A stretch of DNA of 64,000 bases, from assembly GCA_964016885.1 (NCBI GenBank), contig OZ024745.1:129022001-129086000 (forward strand), in the 5' to 3' direction. A program made the translations under genes and the position numbers. Shown here in pieces: positions 58,528 through 64,000 of the stretch (its first letter is position 1; each line of letters opens with the position of its first letter). The notes under the pieces are model-generated. The model was not told where the DNA came from. It was given only the letters and a program-made list of their open reading frames with translations, and made no database searches. This DNA is from Eledone cirrhosa. Taxonomy: Eukaryota.

Positions 58528-58922
58528 AAACGATAAAGAGAAAGAGGATATGAGAAAGAAAGAAAGCGGGAGAGATAGTGAGAGAGAGATAGAGAGAGAG
58601 AGGGAGAGAGGGGGAGATAGTGAGAGAGAAAGTGAAGATAAAGTGAGAGAGAAAGAGAGGGGAAAAAGTGCGGGAGAGAGAGGATAAAGTGAGAGAGGGG
58701 GAATAAAGTAAGAGAATGGGGGGGAATACAGTGAGAGAGAGAGAGGGGATAAAGTGAGAGAGAGAAGCGAGGGTGCTGGGGTGTAGTCAGACTGAGCGAG
58801 GGAAAAGTGGATGATTGAAAGAGAGAGAGAAGAGAGAGAAGTAACAATTATGGGAGAAGGAGTGAGAAAGAAAGAGTATGAGAGGAGAGAGAGAAAGAGA
58901 GAGAAGTAAATATTATGAGAGG

Positions 58923-58972
<50 letters not shown>

Positions 58973-58992
58973 GGAAGTAACTATTATGAGCG

Positions 58993-59042
<50 letters not shown>

Positions 59043-59312
59043 AAGAACGAGAGAGAGAGAAGTAAATATTATGAGAGAGAAAGAGAGAAGATAGTAGAGG
59101 TCAAGTGAAAATGCAACACCCACACACAACTATATGCACAAACCCACACATATAGACACACACACACACACAGACATATTATACATACATACCTCAACAC
59201 AGATATATACATACATGATACGCATACCATCATGCATACACACACAGATAATCTCACAACACACACACACACATATATATATTTATATATATATATACTT
59301 ACACACTAACGC

Positions 59313-59730
59313 ACACATACAAACTGAGGCACACCTACACACTGACGCACATCTACATACACATACAAACTGACGCACATCTACACACACATACAAACTG
59401 AGGCACACCTACACACTGACGCACATCTACATACACATACAAACTGACGCACATCTACACACACATACAAACTGAGGCACACCTACACACTGACGCACAT
59501 CTACATACACATACAAACTGACGCACATCTACACACACATACAAACTGAGGCACACCTACACACTGACGCACATCTACACACACATACAAACTGAGGCAC
59601 ACCTACACACTGACGCACATCTACATACATATACAAACTGAGGCACACCTACACACTGACGCACATCTACATACATATACAAACTGAGGCACACCTACAC
59701 ACTGACGCACATCTACATACACATACAAAC
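59313..59730. repeat. Compound minisatellite
   Basis: ACACATACAAACTGAGGCACACCTACAC and ACTGACGCACATCTAC subunits repeated. Confidence 0.9.
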
Positions 59731-59879
59731 TCACAAATATCACAGATAATCTCGCCTGCCAACACAGATTCATACACACATACGCATACATATACACACA
59801 CTCACACACATACTCACTCACACACATACTCACACACACATACTCACTCACACACTCACACACACACACACACTCACCT

Positions 59880-59910
<31 letters not shown>

Positions 59911-60142
59911 CGCATTCATACACTCACACACACACTCACTCACACACACACTCACCTACACACACACATATACACATACACACACATATATATATATATA
60001 TACTTACACACTAACGCACACTTACACACACATACAAACTCATAGATAATCTCACCTGCCAACACATTCACACACATACACACTGACGCACATTTGCACA
60101 CACATACTCACTCACACATTCACTCACACACACACACACACA

Positions 60143-60201
<59 letters not shown>

Positions 60202-60594
60202 ACACTCACACACAAACACACTCACTCACTCACACACACACACTCACTCACACACACACTCACCTACACACTAGACTTTTTCTTAAAATATTGTCTCACT
60301 GAAGAAGAGGAGATATAACTAGGTAGGGGGGGACTAATGACGTAATGATGGCCTAAGAAATGGAGAGCCGCCATTTTGAAGTTACTGTCACCTTTCTTAC
60401 ATCGAGAGTACATATTTAACGAAGGGTATTTTTAATATTTGTTAGATGAGGTAACACGGTTATTAGATGAAATAACAAGAATGAAGATTTACTTTATATA
60501 TTTTACTTCACTTGAGTCGAAAAGAAGAACAAACACGAGTCAAAAAGAACAATAATGAAGTTACCACGAGTTACGGCCATAAACTCCGGCCATA

Positions 60595-60930
60595 AACCCC
60601 GTATCGTGGCCCGCCTTCCACAAACAAGATCCTTCATCTGGGACCCCACCTGCTGCGACACGTTCTCCGCCTCCAACTTAATCTCTTCGGCCATAAACCC
60701 CGGCATGGTGGTCCGCCTCGCCTCGCAGAAGAACGAAAAATAAACAAATACCGGAGAATGTCCTCTTCGCACCGGTCACCGTGGAGAACTCAGTCGTACT
60801 TGGACCCCGTACTGCCGAGCTCTTCCGCATGATCGGAGCGTCGACGGCCCGTCTGAGGAGGGAGCCCCGCCAGGTTGGGTGGATTTGAAGCAGATGTCAC
60901 GGGCCAAGGTCCGCGGGAATGCTTTTTGAA
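60595..60930 (+). pseudogene. CRE-like non-LTR retrotransposon restriction-like endonuclease fragment (frameshifted)
   Basis: RSFIWDPTCCDTFSASNL...PGMVVRLASQKNEK / VLFAPVTVENSVVLGPRTAELFRMIG...EPRQVGW / LKQMSRAKVRGNA resembles WD.T..DT...K..KY...F.P...E..G..G...Q..S....RGNA. Confidence 0.7.
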
Positions 60931-61150
60931 CTTGTCAGCAGGGCGCAGCCCTTCTGCTCCCTGCCCTAGGCCCAAAGCCCAACAATCCTCCCCTTCACCC
61001 CTCCTCTATCTTCTGCGATACCAGAGTCCTTGCCGTTCGCTCTCTTCCGTATTTTTTCTTTTATTCCTGTTTTTTCGCTATATTTTCCTATTTTAAAAAT
61101 TTGTTTCATTTTCTTTTTTATTATTGTTGTTATTATTATTATCTTTATTT

Positions 61151-61295
61151 CGGGCGGTGGTTGACAGTATCGGTAGACCTTCAAACACCACGTGGCCCTT
61201 TACAATCTGAGTTGAAATCCGCCGAGGTTAACTTTGCCTTTCATCCTTACGGGGTCGATAAAATAAAGTACCAGTAATGCACTGGGATAATTGCT
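61151..61295 (+). mobile_element. SINE, internally deleted and 3'-truncated
   Basis: Partial consensus match. Confidence 0.8.
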
Positions 61296-61412
61296 GTTCA
61301 AATTTTGAATAAAATGTATTGCTTTTAATTACTTATTTAATCAGTTTTGACTTTCTCTTTGTGTTTGCTGCCTTTGTGCCGAAATAAAAAAATCACCACA
61401 CACACACACACG

Positions 61413-61523
<111 letters not shown>

Positions 61524-61733
61524 TTAATGTCCCCCATACGTCATTGCCAGCCATTATCTGCTCACTGCAGGTAAAAGACCCCCAATCCTCGCTCGAGCTG
61601 ATCAGTGGATCTGCTAATATGCAGATCTGATTGATCAGCCAGTCTGCTAATATGCAAATCAGGCCAGTCAGTCACTGTATATTTTAGAAAATATCATATT
61701 TTCACTTGGTCTGACAGTTGGCAGGTGAACAGT

Positions 61734-61783
61734 GAACTGTACTGATGAAGGGTATTACCCAGAAACATTAGTGCCTGCAGTTC
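61734..61783 (+). ncRNA. Hammerhead-like motif with atypical cleavage junction
   Basis: GAACTGTA-CTGATGA-A-GGG-TATTA-CCC-A-GAAAC-ATTA-GT-GCC-TGCAGTTC; 8-bp stem I. Confidence 0.6.
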
Positions 61784-61917
61784 TGTTTACATTCCAACAC
61801 AAGAGCAAGAATGAGGGGCTCATTCTACTGACATATGGTTTTAAAAATGAGATTTGTTTGCATAATTGCAAACGAATCGAATATTATAATTAATATTCAA
61901 AAAACTCAGATTACATT

Positions 61918-61963
<46 letters not shown>

Positions 61964-62532
61964 CACCTTAGCGAATCTGGTCCCTTACGATTTGAACACA
62001 TATATGTATATATCTGTGTTTATCTTTCTTTTATATTCAATTATAATATACGGCTCCGAAAAATCTCTTTCCTAGAGCTATTTTATTGTAAAAGACTATT
62101 TTGAGTTTCTAACTCAATATATACCTTCAATTATTTTGTTTGACCTGTTTGGCTTGCCTCGTATTTTTTGTTTAGGTGGTTGATGGCTTCTTGACCGCCA
62201 TTTCAGTTTGTTTGGCCTTTATAACCTATGTTTATTGCTCTGGTCTTTATTTGGTCAATTGAGCGCTTGCCAGCATAACTCAGATATTGCGTTTCGCTTT
62301 GTTTTCGACCACTGCCGAAATCCGATCTCACTAAAATTATATTTGATATATATATATTATAAGAACATATTAAAGTTTAAGCAAATAATCGCTGCTTTCA
62401 CCCTTAACAGGATCATCTGAAACTCATAAATATTTGCTCTACGGGTTTATATATATATTATATATATATAATCCTTATCGAGCCCTCCTCGGGTTTTAGT
62501 CTTCACATTTATTATTACTATATATATATACA

Positions 62533-62710
62533 AGGGTGGTGGATTGGCAGTATCGGTAGAGGGTCGGACGCTATGCTTTCCAGCATAGTTATGTCCCTTT
62601 ACGGTCTGAGTTCAAATCCCGTCGAGGTTAACTTTGCGGGGTCGATAAAATAAAGTACCAGTAATACATGGGTTATTGCTGGCCTTGTACCAAAAGTAGA
62701 AACAATTATT
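62533..62710 (+). mobile_element. SINE with small internal deletion
   Basis: Consensus match. Confidence 0.88.
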
Positions 62711-62711
62711 A

Positions 62712-62779
<68 letters not shown>

Positions 62780-63176
62780 GTGTGTGTGCGTGCGTGTGCG
62801 TGTGCATGCGTGTGTATGATAGGTGTTTGCGTGTTGGCGTGCGTGTTTCTGGAAGGGTATTAATGTGTAAACGTATTCTTAGTATCCTATGTTAAATGTA
62901 AACACCAAGGTACATGTTAGAAGAAGCAAGATATTTAGGTAGATGGCTGTGGGAAGCTACTGTTTTGTCATCACCCATCAATTATGAGGATTTAATTAGA
63001 GAAACACATAGAGCGCTTATTTTTTCATGGCTGAATAGTGAGTCATGTAGGTGGAAGTAGGCAGTGTGGTAGCTAAATGGGATTACGGGGAGGGAGAGTG
63101 GGGGCGGGGTGATTAGGAAGAAGATAGTGAGATGATGAAGAGAAATAGGTAGATGGATAGGTAGATAGATAGAGAA

Positions 63177-63226
<50 letters not shown>

Positions 63227-63647
63227 GCAGATAGATAGATAGACAGAGAGGGAGAGAGATACAGACATACAGATAGATAGATAGAGAGAGAGAAAGAGAG
63301 AGAGAGATAGAGAAAGATAGGGATAGAGATAGGGAGAAAGATATATATATATATATAGGGAGAGAGAGAACGAGAGAGATAAAAAGATAGGGAGAGAGAG
63401 AACGAGAGAGAGAGAGTTAGAGAGAGAGACGTATATATATATGTATGTAAACAGACGTATATGTATATACACATACATACATGTATGTGTATATGTTCTT
63501 ATGGTTTTATTATTTTCACATGTCGGCTCTTGTGGCTAATAAATGAGATCATTATTTTCACTGATAGAGAAAAAGATAGCCAGTTTCTGACATAGACACA
63601 AGACACGTTCATTAGAATTTAGACATCAACTAGGTAAATACGAATGT

Positions 63648-63738
<91 letters not shown>

Positions 63739-64000
63739 TATGTGTATGTGTAGGTATGTATGTTATTGTACGTGTGGATCCATTTTTGAGTTATGTGGAC
63801 ATGTGCATATGATGCTGTTTCTATACATGCAGTTATTACACACAGAATTACTGAAATGTTTCACATATTTTTACAGTTCAAGTAATAGACTGTACTTGCA
63901 TCTTTCTAACTAGTCGTGTTCTGGTTCTGGGAAGCCAAGCTTACTAAGATTTGTACTAAGGCAGTCAGTAACGTACCTAAGAGCCGTAATGATCACAGGT

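Noticed and set aside
60340-60380. TGACGTAA and GCCGCCATTTTG (CRE-site and YY1-like motifs)
   Set aside because: Short motifs with no associated gene start; also common in transposons.

Overview
AT-rich, repeat-saturated animal genomic DNA, most likely a cephalopod such as Octopus (inferred from the recurring ~190-bp SINE and extreme microsatellite density). No host protein-coding gene can be supported; nearly all ORFs in the supplied track are microsatellite read-through. The main structure lies in the short complex islands between (TA)n tracts. About 20 type I hammerhead ribozyme motifs (stem I-CUGANGA-stem II-GAAA-short palindromic stem III-UH-stem I), from roughly ten families with unrelated stems, sit in Penelope-like-element (PLE) terminal-repeat-type units. 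Many units form spacer-less head-to-head foldbacks whose outer ends both run into (TA)n. A Neptune-type PLE remnant (RT thumb, Cys linker, GIY-YIG endonuclease; minus strand 49391-50104, missed by the ORF track) is a plausible relative of the mobilising element. Also present: about 15 copies of a tRNA-type SINE (several with target-site duplications), three or four non-autonomous Helitrons, RTE and CRE-like LINE fragments, and several minisatellites. All calls were made by eye; no searches were run.
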